DNA from: an uncultured delta proteobacterium
GTDB taxonomy: Bacteria > Myxococcota_A > Polyangia > Polyangiales > Polyangiaceae
DNA: 64,000 nucleotides
NCBI GenBank assembly: GCA_963696385.1
Contig: CAVOKF010000008.1
Coordinates: 96,001 to 160,000, forward strand
Direction of reading: 5' to 3'
Part shown: piece by piece, positions 38,914 to 49,031 of the stretch
How positions within the stretch are numbered: position 1 is the stretch's first letter
Layout of the letters: the number at the start of each line of letters is the position of its first letter
Made by a program: the position numbers and the translations under genes
Notes under the pieces: model-generated
Seen by the model: the letters and a program-made list of their open reading frames with translations, nothing else
Database searches by the model: none
Told to the model about the DNA's origin: nothing

Positions 38914-40646
38914 GTGGATCCCTCGGCTTTGGCGACACTCCCGCCGACGGCACGCAAGGCGTGGGCGAAAGACCGCGCGTCATGGAAGCGATCCTCGGGG
39001 CGCACGGCAAGCGCCCGGTCGATGATGGCCCGCCACGCCGGTGGCACGCGCGTCGCCGCGTCTTGGGTCCCCGGGTCGCGACGCGAAAACGAGGTCGCGC
39101 GCATGACCGTGCCGCTCGGCGTCAGCGGCGGCGGAGGCTCGCCGACCAGACACTCGTAGAGGACCGCACCGAGCGCGAACAGATCGCTGCGTGCATCGAC
39201 GTTCGCGTCGCCCGCTTCTTGTTCGGGCGACATATAGCCGGGCGTACCCAGTGGACCGCCCGTGTTCGTGATGCGCGTCTCTTCCCACTCGACACGGGCG
39301 ATGCCGAAGTCGATGAGCTTGGCCCGCTCGGCGCCCGAGGCATCGTCGCGATCGATGCTGAGGTAAATATTGGACGGCTTGAGGTCGCGATGCACGACGC
39401 CCGCCGCGTGCACGGCGGCGAGCGCCTCGCAGACCTGCATGGCAATCGGCCACAGCTCGACCGCCGTAAGCCGTCCCTTCGCGTGAAGGCGGGCTGCGAG
39501 AGACTCGCCGCTCAGCAGTTCCATCGCGAGGTAAGCGGTGCCGTCCGCGAGGCGACCGTGATCGATCACTTCGACGACGTTCGGATGCCACGCCAGGCCC
39601 AAGGCCTCGGCTTCGCGCCGCAACCGATCGCTCGCCACGGCTTCGTGTGCCGCAGCCGCACGCAACAACTTGATGGCCACGGGCAAACCGTCGGAGCTTC
39701 TTACGGCCTCGTAGATGACACCGGTCGCGCCCGATCCCATCTGGCGGACGACCCGGTATTGACCCGCGACCACCGTGCCTTCGAGCTGCCCGCCCGCTTC
39801 TCGCTCGTGCGACTCTTTGAGCGACAAGCTCCGCTCCAGCGCAAGCACCCGGATCCGCTGGGCCTCGCTCTCGGTCCGACGCAGCTGCTCGCGAGCACGG
39901 ATGAAGCCGCCGATCAGGCCGGTTGCAGCGCCAACCCCCGCCACGGCCACGTCGAGATCGAACGCAGCCAAGCGAATCGCCAAGGGCAGCGATCCGAGCG
40001 CCAGACCCGCCGCCCCGCCGATGGCCGCGCTCCGGCGCACGTTCGGAACGGACCACCATACCTCGAAATCCTGCGTGAGCACGCTCGCGCGGTCGACCGC
40101 ATCCGGCATCGACGCCGCACCCGCGCCGCGGAAGCCGAAGATCGCCGGCACCGCCGCAAGCTCGGCGAGACGCGCGAGGCGCAGCAACCCGTCGTGCTCG
40201 AGCGACGGGTCGTGCGCGATGGTCACACGACCGCGCCACGACCCGCGGCCTACGGCTGTCGTCTCCCAGCGCGTCGTACAGCCCTGCTGGCTGTCTCCGG
40301 AGTCGAGGCGAGCGAACGCTTCGGCCGGCTCCGACGTGCCCCGGAGAACGCGCACCCAGAACGCGAGGTTGTCCGGCGCGACCAGCTGCGCCGTGATGTG
40401 CGGAATGGACTCGCGCGAGGAGAACTCGGCGAATACGACGAGCGCCCGATGCAGAGACGTCAGCGGCACCGGCCGCGTCTCGTCGTCCATGTCGTCTCGC
40501 ACCATGCGAATGTTTCGCAACCAGGTATCCGCGACGGCCGCCCCCTTCTCCGCCGAAAGGGCCCGGAACAGCGCTTTGAGCAAGGCGGTGCTGGTTTGGC
40601 CGGCGGGAAAGCTGCGCTGGTTCATGAACGACGGAGACACGTTCAC
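38910..40646 (-). CDS. Hanks-type Ser/Thr protein kinase with N-terminal unknown domain and two TM segments
   Basis: GSGATGVIY, VAIKLL, HRDLKPSN, DFG, GTPGYMSPE, DLFALG. Confidence 0.93.
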   Translation of the reverse strand: MNVSPSFMNQRSFPAGQTSTALLKALFRALSAEKGAAVADTWLRNIRMVRDDMDDETRPVPLTSLHRALVVFAEFSSRESIPHITAQLVAPDNLAFWVRVLRGTSEPAEAFARLDSGDSQQGCTTRWETTAVGRGSWRGRVTIAHDPSLEHDGLLRLARLAELAAVPAIFGFRGAGAASMPDAVDRASVLTQDFEVWWSVPNVRRSAAIGGAAGLALGSLPLAIRLAAFDLDVAVAGVGAATGLIGGFIRAREQLRRTESEAQRIRVLALERSLSLKESHEREAGGQLEGTVVAGQYRVVRQMGSGATGVIYEAVRSSDGLPVAIKLLRAAAAHEAVASDRLRREAEALGLAWHPNVVEVIDHGRLADGTAYLAMELLSGESLAARLHAKGRLTAVELWPIAMQVCEALAAVHAAGVVHRDLKPSNIYLSIDRDDASGAERAKLIDFGIARVEWEETRITNTGGPLGTPGYMSPEQEAGDANVDARSDLFALGAVLYECLVGEPPPPLTPSGTVMRATSFSRRDPGTQDAATRVPPAWRAIIDRALAVRPEDRFHDARSFAHALRAVGGSVAKAEGST

Positions 40647-40878
40647 TCCTGGCGTCCGGTCGGGGATGAACGCGGTAGGGCAGCTACCTGGGTGTGTGTC
40701 CCGGGATTCATCGGAGCCATGCTATCGCACGGCAAGGCGATGCACCGCAGTCTCGTTGGCGGAACCGTTCGAAGGCGGCGCGCAAGCCTGCCGGGCGCGG
40801 TCGTCGTCGATCGAGAGAAGGTCGTGCGGCGCAAAAGCGACGAGGTGCATCGAAACGGGCTCGGGCGAGAGGCTTAGA

Positions 40879-43387
40879 GTGCGACTCGCCGACGTCATCG
40901 ACCGCTGGGTCGGCAAAGTCGAGATCGTCCTGGCCGGCGCCGATGACGACCTTCGAGACGGCGAAGAAGCCCTCACCGCGGGCGACGCCATGCGTGCCCG
41001 CGCCGCGGCCCATCGGGTACTGCGCCGCGCACCCGACTCGCCGCTCGGCCTGGCTCTCCTCGCGGACGCTTGCGAGGCGGCCGGGCATCTCGACGCCGAG
41101 TTGGCCCTCACGCTCGAGCAGCTCGCACGGCGGGCGCCCTCGCGCGCGGAAGTCTGGGTGCGCCTTGCGCGGGCACGCCAGACCACGCTCATGCCCCCCG
41201 ACGATGTCCGCGATGCCTTCGCCCGGGCTCTGGCGGTGGCCGAGTCCGGCAGCGAGTCGCGACGGACCGCGCTCATCGGACTCGCCGATCTCGATCTTTC
41301 GCAAGGCGAAGGAGCGCGGGCCGACCTGTGGCTCGAGCGCACCGCCGACGACACGTCGCCCGACGTCGTCGTCCGGCGTGCCGAGGTGCGGCTGCTGCGG
41401 GGCGATGCGAAGGGCGCCCTGGATCTGCTCGACTCGGTGCACACTTCCGCGGCCGACGGGCGCGCTGCGCTGGCGCGAGGACGCGCGCAGGCGGCGCGCG
41501 ACGATCCGCGCGCGTTCACGCCGCTTCTGCGGGCCATGGTTCTGGATGAGCCCGGATCGAGCGAGGCGCTGTCGTCCGCCCTGTCACGAATTCCGAGCGA
41601 GCTTCAAACTCGAACCCACATCCGATCCGTCGTCGACGCCAAGGGGGAGCAGGACGCTGCGCGATGGCGAGCCGCATTTGCTCGAATCCGAGGGCGCCCG
41701 AGACGCGGCACGCCGAGCGCTGCGCGACGCGGTCGTCGCGGGCGACCGGGCGGCCGCCCAACCTCTTCTGGAGGCGGCAATCGAAGACCGGGACTCGAGC
41801 GCGATCGACACCGCCCTCGGCGCACTGCCCGCCCAGGCCGGCGATCCGCTGATCGCCGACGCCACCGTGGTGGCGACCGCCGTACGGCTCGAAGGCGCCC
41901 GCGCGCTCGATGCCGTCGCAGGGGTCACGCACCCTCGTCTGGCGGCGTGGGCGGTTCACATCGCGAGCGAAGTCGCCCAAAGCTGGATCCCTCGCTCCGG
42001 CGCGCCGGCGGCGTGGGCATCGCTGCTCGCGAGGCTCGACGCCCATGCGCACGCGATCGGAGATTGGGATGCCGCCGCCCGGATCGCGGAGCTCGCGGCC
42101 GAGCAATCGCGGCCGGTCCGTCTCGCGGTCGTCGGCGAGTTCAACGCGGGCAAGAGTACGTTCATCAACGCACTGATGGGCGCCGACGTCGCACCGACCG
42201 GCGTCTTGCCCACCACCGCCACGCTGCACCACTTGCGCTGGGCCCCCGATCCGTTCGCCAAGATCCTCTTCCGTCCGGGGGTTCGCCCTTCCGAGCGCAT
42301 CGTGGCGCTCGGCGACCTCCGCGCGACTCTCGGCGCCATCGATCCCCCGTCGCTCGCCCGAGTCGAGATTCGACTGCCGCTGACCGCGCTGGTTCGCGTG
42401 GAGGTTCTCGACACGCCGGGGTTCAATGCTCCGGAAGGCCGCCACGCCGACCTCGCGCGAGCCGCCTTCGAAGAGGCCGACATTCTCTTCTGGCTGCTCG
42501 ACGCGACCCAAGCTCTCAAAGAGAGCGAGCGCGCCGTGCTCGAGGAAGCCAATCGTTGTCGCTTGCCCGTGCAGATGCTCGTCAACAAGGCCGACCGCCT
42601 GGGCCCCGACGATCTCGCCCACGTCATGCGGAGTGTCACCGAGGCTCTCGCGCAAGCGCATCTGCCGTCCTGGCGGCCGCCCGTCGCTCTGTCGGCCAAG
42701 CGCGCGCTCGCTTCCAAAATCGCCGGCGCCGCGTCGCTCGACGACTCCGGCTGGCCCGCCGTCGAGCAGCTTTTGGAAAACGAGGTCGTGGCGCGAAGCG
42801 AGGAGCTCAAGGAGCGGGCGCTCAGGCGGCGGGCCTCGACCATCGTAGCGATGCTCTTATCGAAGTGGTCCGAACGCGCGGCCGCGGAAACGGCTCTCGC
42901 GCACGCCGGGGCGGCGGCGGCGCAGCGCGCGGCGCACGCCGCCGCTCGGCTCGACGCGGAGGCCGACGATCTCACAAAACGGCTGGCCGAATCGCTGGGG
43001 CCTTGCGCGAAAGCGTGGGCCAAGGACGTCGACCTCGTCGCCGTCGGCCGCGACCGGGAGTCGGTGGTGCGCGATCCGATCCTCATGCGTTACCGCGTCG
43101 ACCGAGCTCTCGCCGCCATCGCAGAGCCCCTGGCTCGCGCGTTGGCATCGCTCGAACCAGAAGCCGCCCTCGAGCCCGCTCAGATCGCTCCCGCCGCGCG
43201 CGCCATCGTGCGCGCGGCCGTCGAGGCCGCTGCGGTCGACGTCGAGGCCGTCGTTTTGGGCATCGCGCGCGCGAGCGTCGCCACCCTGTCCGACCAGTTG
43301 ATCGCAGCGGCCTCGGCCCCGGCGACCCCCGGATCGGCGGCGGGTGTCGTGCGCGAAATGCAAGCGTTCGCCGACGCCTTGGCCTGA
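40879..43387 (+). CDS. TPR-like plus dynamin-like GTPase protein, +1 frameshift near 41685
   Basis: Helical repeat N-half in one frame; VVGEFNAGKST, LPTTA, DTPG, NKAD in the next; frames join as AAFAR|SEGARD. Confidence 0.8.
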
Positions 43388-43398
43388 GCCTACACTGC

Positions 43399-43881
43399 GT
43401 GAACACTTCCGTGCGCGACCTCCGCTTTCTGCCCTTCGCGATCGTCGCGGTCGTCACGCCGGCGCCGAACGCCCATGCGGAGATTTTAGGCGTCGGCGGC
43501 GGCGAGCAGATCTCGCTCGAGGCCGAGCGGCTGGACATCGACATCCTCGCGGGCGAAGCCACGCTCACCGGGAAAGTCACGTTGTCGCGGGGCGATCTGA
43601 TCGTCAACTGCCCGCGCGTCGACCTCCGGTTCGATCACGCTCCGCACGTGACGTGGGCCCGCGGATCCGGGGGGGTGACGGCCGACCTTCGCGGGGTGCA
43701 CGCGGAGGCCCCGTCGGTCGAGTTCGATCTGGGCCGGCAAGTGCTCGACCTCAGCGGCGGCGTGAGGCTGACCCGCGGACAAGGATGGCTGGCGGCCGAC
43801 AGCGCCCGCATCGACATCGCGACCGCGAAAGTGTCTCTCGTTCAGGTGAAAGGTTCGATTCCGGTCGCGAAGGGTCCATGA
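43399..43881 (+). CDS. lptA: LPS transport periplasmic protein LptA/OstA-like
   Basis: Signal peptide ending AHA; ISLEAERLDID, TGKVTLSRGD, LSGGVRLTRG beta-jellyroll repeats; precedes lptB. Confidence 0.75.
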   Translation: MNTSVRDLRFLPFAIVAVVTPAPNAHAEILGVGGGEQISLEAERLDIDILAGEATLTGKVTLSRGDLIVNCPRVDLRFDHAPHVTWARGSGGVTADLRGVHAEAPSVEFDLGRQVLDLSGGVRLTRGQGWLAADSARIDIATAKVSLVQVKGSIPVAKGP

Positions 43882-44642
43882 TCCGTGGGTCGCAGGCTTC
43901 GGGGGCGGGCGCGAGCCCCATGCTGCAGGCCCGCGGGCTTCGGGTCACCCGGGGCAACCGAGCGATCCTGCGCGGAGTCGATCTCGAAGCCACGGCCGGC
44001 GAAATCGTAGGGGTACTGGGTCCCTCGGGAGCGGGGAAGTCGACGTTGTTTCGCGCGCTGGTGGGCGAAAATCCCCCCGACGAGGGAACCGTGACCATCG
44101 CCGGCGAGGACATGACGTGCTGGCCCCTCTGGCGGCGAGCTCGAGCGGGAGTCGGGTACGTCCCCCAAGGGCCGAGCGTCTTATGGGATCTATCGGTCCG
44201 CCACAACCTCGACGCATTCCGGAAAATCGCGGGGCAGCCGCCCGAGGACGCCCAATTGGCCGCTCGACGGGTCGGGCTCGAACACCGGCTTCGGGTTCGC
44301 GCCGGCGAGCTGTCGGCCGGCGAACGCCGCCGTCTGGAGCTCGCACGTGCGGTGACCCGAACGCCGTGCCTGCTCGTGTGCGACGAACCTTTCGCCGGGG
44401 TCGATCCGGCGGGGGCCGAGCGCCTCGGCGACTTGCTGCGCACGCTCGCCGACGGGGGCGCCACAGTCGTGCTGGCCGATCACCACGTCGCCGAAGCGCT
44501 GCGAATTTGCGACCACGCTGTGCTGCTTCTGGACGGCGCCGTGGCGCTGGCCGCCCCCGCCGACCATTTTGCGGACAACCCACTTGTACGGGGCCATTAC
44601 CTCGGCCCCGGGTACGGATCGCGCCCTCTGGCAAGACCCTAA
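43878..44642 (+). CDS. lptB: LPS export ABC ATPase
   Basis: GPSGAGKST, LSAGERRRLELAR, DEPFAGVDP, DHHV; upstream of rpoN. Confidence 0.88.
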   Translation: MIRGSQASGAGASPMLQARGLRVTRGNRAILRGVDLEATAGEIVGVLGPSGAGKSTLFRALVGENPPDEGTVTIAGEDMTCWPLWRRARAGVGYVPQGPSVLWDLSVRHNLDAFRKIAGQPPEDAQLAARRVGLEHRLRVRAGELSAGERRRLELARAVTRTPCLLVCDEPFAGVDPAGAERLGDLLRTLADGGATVVLADHHVAEALRICDHAVLLLDGAVALAAPADHFADNPLVRGHYLGPGYGSRPLARP

Positions 44643-44683
44643 AAATACCACCGCGAGAGGCTATTTTTAGCAAATTCAACCGA

Positions 44684-44698
44684 TGGCACGAAAATAGC
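44684..44698 (+). promoter_or_regulatory. Sigma54-type box upstream of rpoN
   Basis: TGGCACGAAAATAGC: GG 44685-86, N10, GC 44697-98. Confidence 0.55.
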
Positions 44699-44822
44699 CG
44701 CAAAGCGGCTGCGAGGCCGGGGCGTCGGTGGTACTTACTTACGCGATAAGGGCTGCCGCAGTGCGGCGGAGACCCGGACCACGAAGTTTCCGGTCTTTTT
44801 TTCCCGGCCTTTTGGGAAAGCG

Positions 44823-46337
44823 ATGGAGATCAAGCAGCAGCTCAAACTCAGCCAGCAGCTCGTCATGACGCCGCAGCTGCAGCAGGCGATTCGCCTCCTG
44901 CAGCTCTCCCGGCTCGAGCTCATCGACGAGATCCGAAAGGAACTGGACGCGAACCCCGTCCTCGCCGACGAAGAGGTCGATCCACGCGCGCGCAACAAGG
45001 GTGAAGCCCCCAACGGCGAACCCGCGATGGAGCCGCGGGCACCGGACTCGCCGGCACTCGCGGGCGAAAAGCTCGAAGTCGCCGACCTGGCCAAGAGAAC
45101 CGAGGAAAAACGGGTTCAGGAGATCGACTGGGAGCAATTCCTGGAAAATCGCACGTTGCAGCAGCCGCTTCCCGCCAATCGGGGCGGATTCGAGGATCTG
45201 CCGCCGATCGATCAAAATCTCACGAAGACTCAGTCTCTGGTCGACCACCTCCGGTGGCAGCTGCAACTGAGCGATTTCGGCGAGGACGAAAAAAAATTCG
45301 CGGAGCTCGTCATCGGCAACCTGGACGACAATGGTTTTCTCGATTTGCGCGGAACGGATCGCGAGGGCGGCGAGAAGACGCCGGATCTGACCATCGAGGA
45401 TTTGGCGCGTGAGGTTCCGCTCGATCCCGAGGACGCCGAGTGTGTCCTGCGCGACATGCAGGAGTGGGAGCCCGTCGGCGTATGCGCGCGATCTCTCCAA
45501 GAATGCCTGCGCGTACAGGCCGAAGTATTCGGCTACGAGGATCTGGAGCTTCAGATCATCGACAAACACGTCGGCAATCTGGAAAAGCACAACTATCAGG
45601 CGATTGCGCGCGACCTGAAAATTACCGTCGAAGAGGTCTACGAGGCCGTCAAACAGATTCAGAAGCTCGAGAGCCGGCCGGCGCGAAATTTCACGGACAC
45701 CGACGACAAGACGATCGCGATCACTCCCGACGTGTACGTCATCAAGGACGACGACAAGTTCGTCGTCACCGACAACGACCGCGGCGTGCAGCGCCTCTAC
45801 ATCAACGAAGCGCTCACCAAGCAGCTTCTACGCGATCCGCAGGCCAAAGAGTTCATCGGCGAGAAGCTTCGCAACGCGCAATGGTTGATTCGAGCGATCG
45901 AGCAGCGCAGAAAGACGATCATCCGCGTCACCGAGTGCATCGTCGAAAAACAACGCGAGTTCTTCGAGCGCGGCGTCGCGTTTCTCAAGCCCATGATTTT
46001 GCGCGACGTGGCCGAAACCGTGGGAATGCACGAGTCGACGATCAGCCGCGTGACGACGAACAAGTACGTTCACACTCCGCAAGGTCTTTTCGAGCTCAAA
46101 TATTTCTTCAACTCGTCGATCCGTCGCGTTTCCGAGGACGACATCGCGAGCGAGAGCGTCAAGCAGGCCATCCGGAAGATCATCGACGAGGAGGACAAGG
46201 GCAATCCGATGTCCGACCAACAGATCGTGGAGCTTCTCGCCAAGCGAGACGGCATTCAAATCGCCCGCCGAACAGTCGCTAAATATCGAGAAATGCTAGG
46301 TATTTTGTCATCCAGCAAGCGGAAGAAGCTGTTCTAG
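44823..46337 (+). CDS. rpoN: RNA polymerase sigma-54 factor
   Basis: QQLVMTPQLQQAIRLLQL, HESTISR, RpoN box ARRTVAKYRE. Confidence 0.98.
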   Translation: MEIKQQLKLSQQLVMTPQLQQAIRLLQLSRLELIDEIRKELDANPVLADEEVDPRARNKGEAPNGEPAMEPRAPDSPALAGEKLEVADLAKRTEEKRVQEIDWEQFLENRTLQQPLPANRGGFEDLPPIDQNLTKTQSLVDHLRWQLQLSDFGEDEKKFAELVIGNLDDNGFLDLRGTDREGGEKTPDLTIEDLAREVPLDPEDAECVLRDMQEWEPVGVCARSLQECLRVQAEVFGYEDLELQIIDKHVGNLEKHNYQAIARDLKITVEEVYEAVKQIQKLESRPARNFTDTDDKTIAITPDVYVIKDDDKFVVTDNDRGVQRLYINEALTKQLLRDPQAKEFIGEKLRNAQWLIRAIEQRRKTIIRVTECIVEKQREFFERGVAFLKPMILRDVAETVGMHESTISRVTTNKYVHTPQGLFELKYFFNSSIRRVSEDDIASESVKQAIRKIIDEEDKGNPMSDQQIVELLAKRDGIQIARRTVAKYREMLGILSSSKRKKLF

Positions 46338-46652
46338 TGGCCCCGGGATCACGGGAGCGAATGCGTCGTCGACGGCTTGCAGCAGCGCGCCCGCGGATGG
46401 ATCCGCAGAGTCACGAAACGGGCCTAGCGGCCCCGGCCGCCGGCGCCTCTCCGTCCGGCCGCGGGCGCTGTCGGACCCTGTCCTGAAACGCCCGCGTGTG
46501 CACTCACGAAACGAATGACAAAAGCATGGCATCGCCGTGCCCACGTCGTTACCGAAATGGTACCTTCTGATGAGACGGCGGGAAGAACGCGCGTCGCTTA
46601 TCCGTAAGGAGCTTGGGAACGCGACCATCGGAAAGCATGGAGGCACGCCCTC

Positions 46653-47000
46653 ATGAACATCGCCATCACGTTTCGTCACATGGAAGCGACGGAAGCGGTC
46701 AAGGTTTATGCGACCGAGAAAGTCGGTAAAATGCAGCGATTTTTGCGCGCTCCGTTGAAGGCTCAGGTGACCGTCAGTTGCCAGCACGACCGCCTTCATC
46801 GCGCGGAGGTGGACATTCATGCAGGTCCCGAGCGTTTTCACGCGCACGAAACGACCGAGGACATGTACGCGTCGATCGACAAGGTCATCGACAAGATCGA
46901 GCGGCAAATCGTCTCGGCCAAAGGGTCGGTGAGCGCCAAGAAAAAGGGCGCGGACCGCGCTTGCCAGCATCTTCCGGCCAATCTGGCCATCGAGGACTAG
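46653..47000 (+). CDS. hpf: Ribosome hibernation promoting factor (short form)
   Basis: MNIAITFRHMEATEAVK...DMYASIDKVIDKIERQ; follows rpoN. Confidence 0.9.
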   Translation: MNIAITFRHMEATEAVKVYATEKVGKMQRFLRAPLKAQVTVSCQHDRLHRAEVDIHAGPERFHAHETTEDMYASIDKVIDKIERQIVSAKGSVSAKKKGADRACQHLPANLAIED

Positions 47001-47190
47001 TAGACCGCCCCAGAGCCAAGGGGTCGGCCGGGCGCTGGACTTACTTCAATTGCGGGGTGGCGATGCGGGGGTTGGGGCGAAGCCTCGACGAAACCGGGTA
47101 CACCGCCCCAGAGCCAAGGGGTCGGCCGGGGGCTGGACTTCAATCGCCGGGAGGCGATGGGGGTGGTTGGGGCGAAGCCTCAACGAAATC
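47001..47190. repeat. Imperfect tandem duplication, 2 x ~98 bp, with internal hairpins
   Basis: ACCGCCCCAGAGCCAAGGGGTCGGCCGGG at 47004 and 47102; both end TTGGGGCGAAGCCTCRACGAAA. Confidence 0.9.
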
Positions 47191-47389
47191 ATCTTGATAC
47201 ACCCCTAGCCTAGCCTAGCCCGCAGCGCAGGCGTAGCTCGCGCAAGCGATACCCCGTTCAAGGGGGCGCTCGACGAAGCCCTCTGCGTGTCCTTGGAGCC
47301 GCCGCGATGGGCTTGCCGGACAGCCACCTGTCGCAATTGCCCCGGGTGAGGCCCGATCTCAATCTAGAGTCCCTCTCGAGCCTCCACAA

Positions 47390-47863
47390 ATGCGACTTAC
47401 GGACCTTCTCGCGCCCAAGCGGGTGGACATTCGTCACAACGGCACAGGCCATCCCCTCGACAAGGCCGCGGCGCTCACGGCGCTTGCCCAAATGCTCGCC
47501 ATCGGAACGGGCATCGACGCCGCTCACGCCGAACGCGTTCTTCTCGAACGCGAGCAGCTGCAGTCGACCGGAATCGGCGAGGGTGTCGCCATTCCGCACG
47601 GGGCCTTACCTCAGCTCGAGCATCAGTACGCGGCGCTCCTCATCGTCCCGGAAGGGGTCGACTTCGCGGCCATCGACGGACTGGCCGTCAACATTCTGTT
47701 TGCCGTCATCGGACCCAAGCGCGCGACCGGCGAGCACTTGAAGACGCTTGCGCGGGTCTCGCGCTTGCTTCGGAACAAAGGATTTCGCGAGCGATTGGTC
47801 GCAGCTCCCGATCCGCGATCCGCGTTCGACTTGGTCGATGCCGGGGAGGGAGAGCGCCCATGA
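47390..47863 (+). CDS. ptsN: PTS EIIA(Ntr)
   Basis: EREQLQSTGIGEGVAIPHG, VDFAAIDG, HLKTLARVSR. Confidence 0.92.
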   Translation: MRLTDLLAPKRVDIRHNGTGHPLDKAAALTALAQMLAIGTGIDAAHAERVLLEREQLQSTGIGEGVAIPHGALPQLEHQYAALLIVPEGVDFAAIDGLAVNILFAVIGPKRATGEHLKTLARVSRLLRNKGFRERLVAAPDPRSAFDLVDAGEGERP

Positions 47864-47900
47864 TGCGAACACCACCGTTGGAAGGAGGGGGGTGGCACGG

Positions 47901-49031
47901 ATGATGGACGACGGGACGGGAACGCGGGACGAAACCGTCCCCGCGCTGACCACGGGTCAACTCGCGGCGGACCCTCATCTGCAGATCGATTTGACACGAC
48001 TCGCGGGCGAGCAAGGGCTGGAACGCCCATTGCGCCACCCGCGCATCCAGAAGAACGGACTTGCCCTCGCCGGCCATTACGACGGCGTCGTACCGACGCG
48101 TGTTCAGCTCCTGGGTCAGACGGAACTGTCGTACCTCGACGCGCTGAGCCAGGAGGCCAGAAGCATCGCCGCGCGCGGCTTCTTCTCCTTGGGACTTTCG
48201 TGTGTCGTCGTGTCGAGCGGACGCGAACCGGCTCGGACATTCATCTCCGCCGCGGAGGCCACCGGCACGCCGCTGTTCGCATCGAGTGCCCGATCGAGTC
48301 GCACCATCAACGCGCTTCATGCGGTGCTCGACGACCGACTGGCACCCCAAGTCCAGCTGCACGGCGTACTCGTGGACGTGTACGGCATCGGCGTGCTGCT
48401 GCTCGGCAAGAGCGGAATCGGCAAGAGCGAATGCGCGCTGGAGCTCGTCATCCGCGGCCATCAACTCGTTGCGGACGACGTGGTTCGATGCGACTGGCGA
48501 CCCCCCGGAGTGGTGTTTGGTCAACCGGCGGAGCTTTTGCGTCATCACATCGAAATCCGCGGCCTGGGAGTCCTCGATATCCGCGAACTGTTCGGCATCA
48601 CCGCCATTTGCGACCGAAACCAGATCGATCTGGTCGTCCGGCTGTGCGAGTGGGACGAGGGTGTGGAGTTCGATCGACTCGGCCTCGAGCAACACCATCA
48701 CACGATATTGGGAACCGCCATCCGCGAGCTGCGTGTGCCCGTACGGCCGGGACGCGACATGGGCAGCATCATCGAAATGGCGGCGCGCAACGAGTTGCTG
48801 CGCCGCGGCGGACGCCATACCGCGCAAGAGTTCCTCGAACGGATCGAAGGTCACCTCGTGTCGCGCCCGGCGATCGAGCACGACGCGGAGTCGAGCCCTT
48901 CGTCGACCGAAAGCGACCAAGACAACCTCCATGCGCGGTCGAGCTGGTCGCTGCTCGCGCCGAACGCGAGTGGGACGGAAAGCTCGGCGTGGATCCCCGC
49001 GACCAGGCTCGACAAGGAGGGGCGCGAATGA
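47901..49031 (+). CDS. hprK: HPr kinase/phosphorylase
   Basis: LHGVLVDVYGIGVLLLGKSGIGKSECALEL, LVADD, EIRGLG. Confidence 0.95.
   Translation: MMDDGTGTRDETVPALTTGQLAADPHLQIDLTRLAGEQGLERPLRHPRIQKNGLALAGHYDGVVPTRVQLLGQTELSYLDALSQEARSIAARGFFSLGLSCVVVSSGREPARTFISAAEATGTPLFASSARSSRTINALHAVLDDRLAPQVQLHGVLVDVYGIGVLLLGKSGIGKSECALELVIRGHQLVADDVVRCDWRPPGVVFGQPAELLRHHIEIRGLGVLDIRELFGITAICDRNQIDLVVRLCEWDEGVEFDRLGLEQHHHTILGTAIRELRVPVRPGRDMGSIIEMAARNELLRRGGRHTAQEFLERIEGHLVSRPAIEHDAESSPSSTESDQDNLHARSSWSLLAPNASGTESSAWIPATRLDKEGRE

Noticed and set aside
39775..43881. 1368-aa ORF as one giant protein
   Set aside because: Composite of antisense kinase sequence, the N-half of the frameshifted dynamin gene, off-frame sequence and lptA
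46527..46542. Sigma54 promoter upstream of hpf (TGGCATCGCCGTGC)
   Set aside because: GG to GC spacing is not 10 nt
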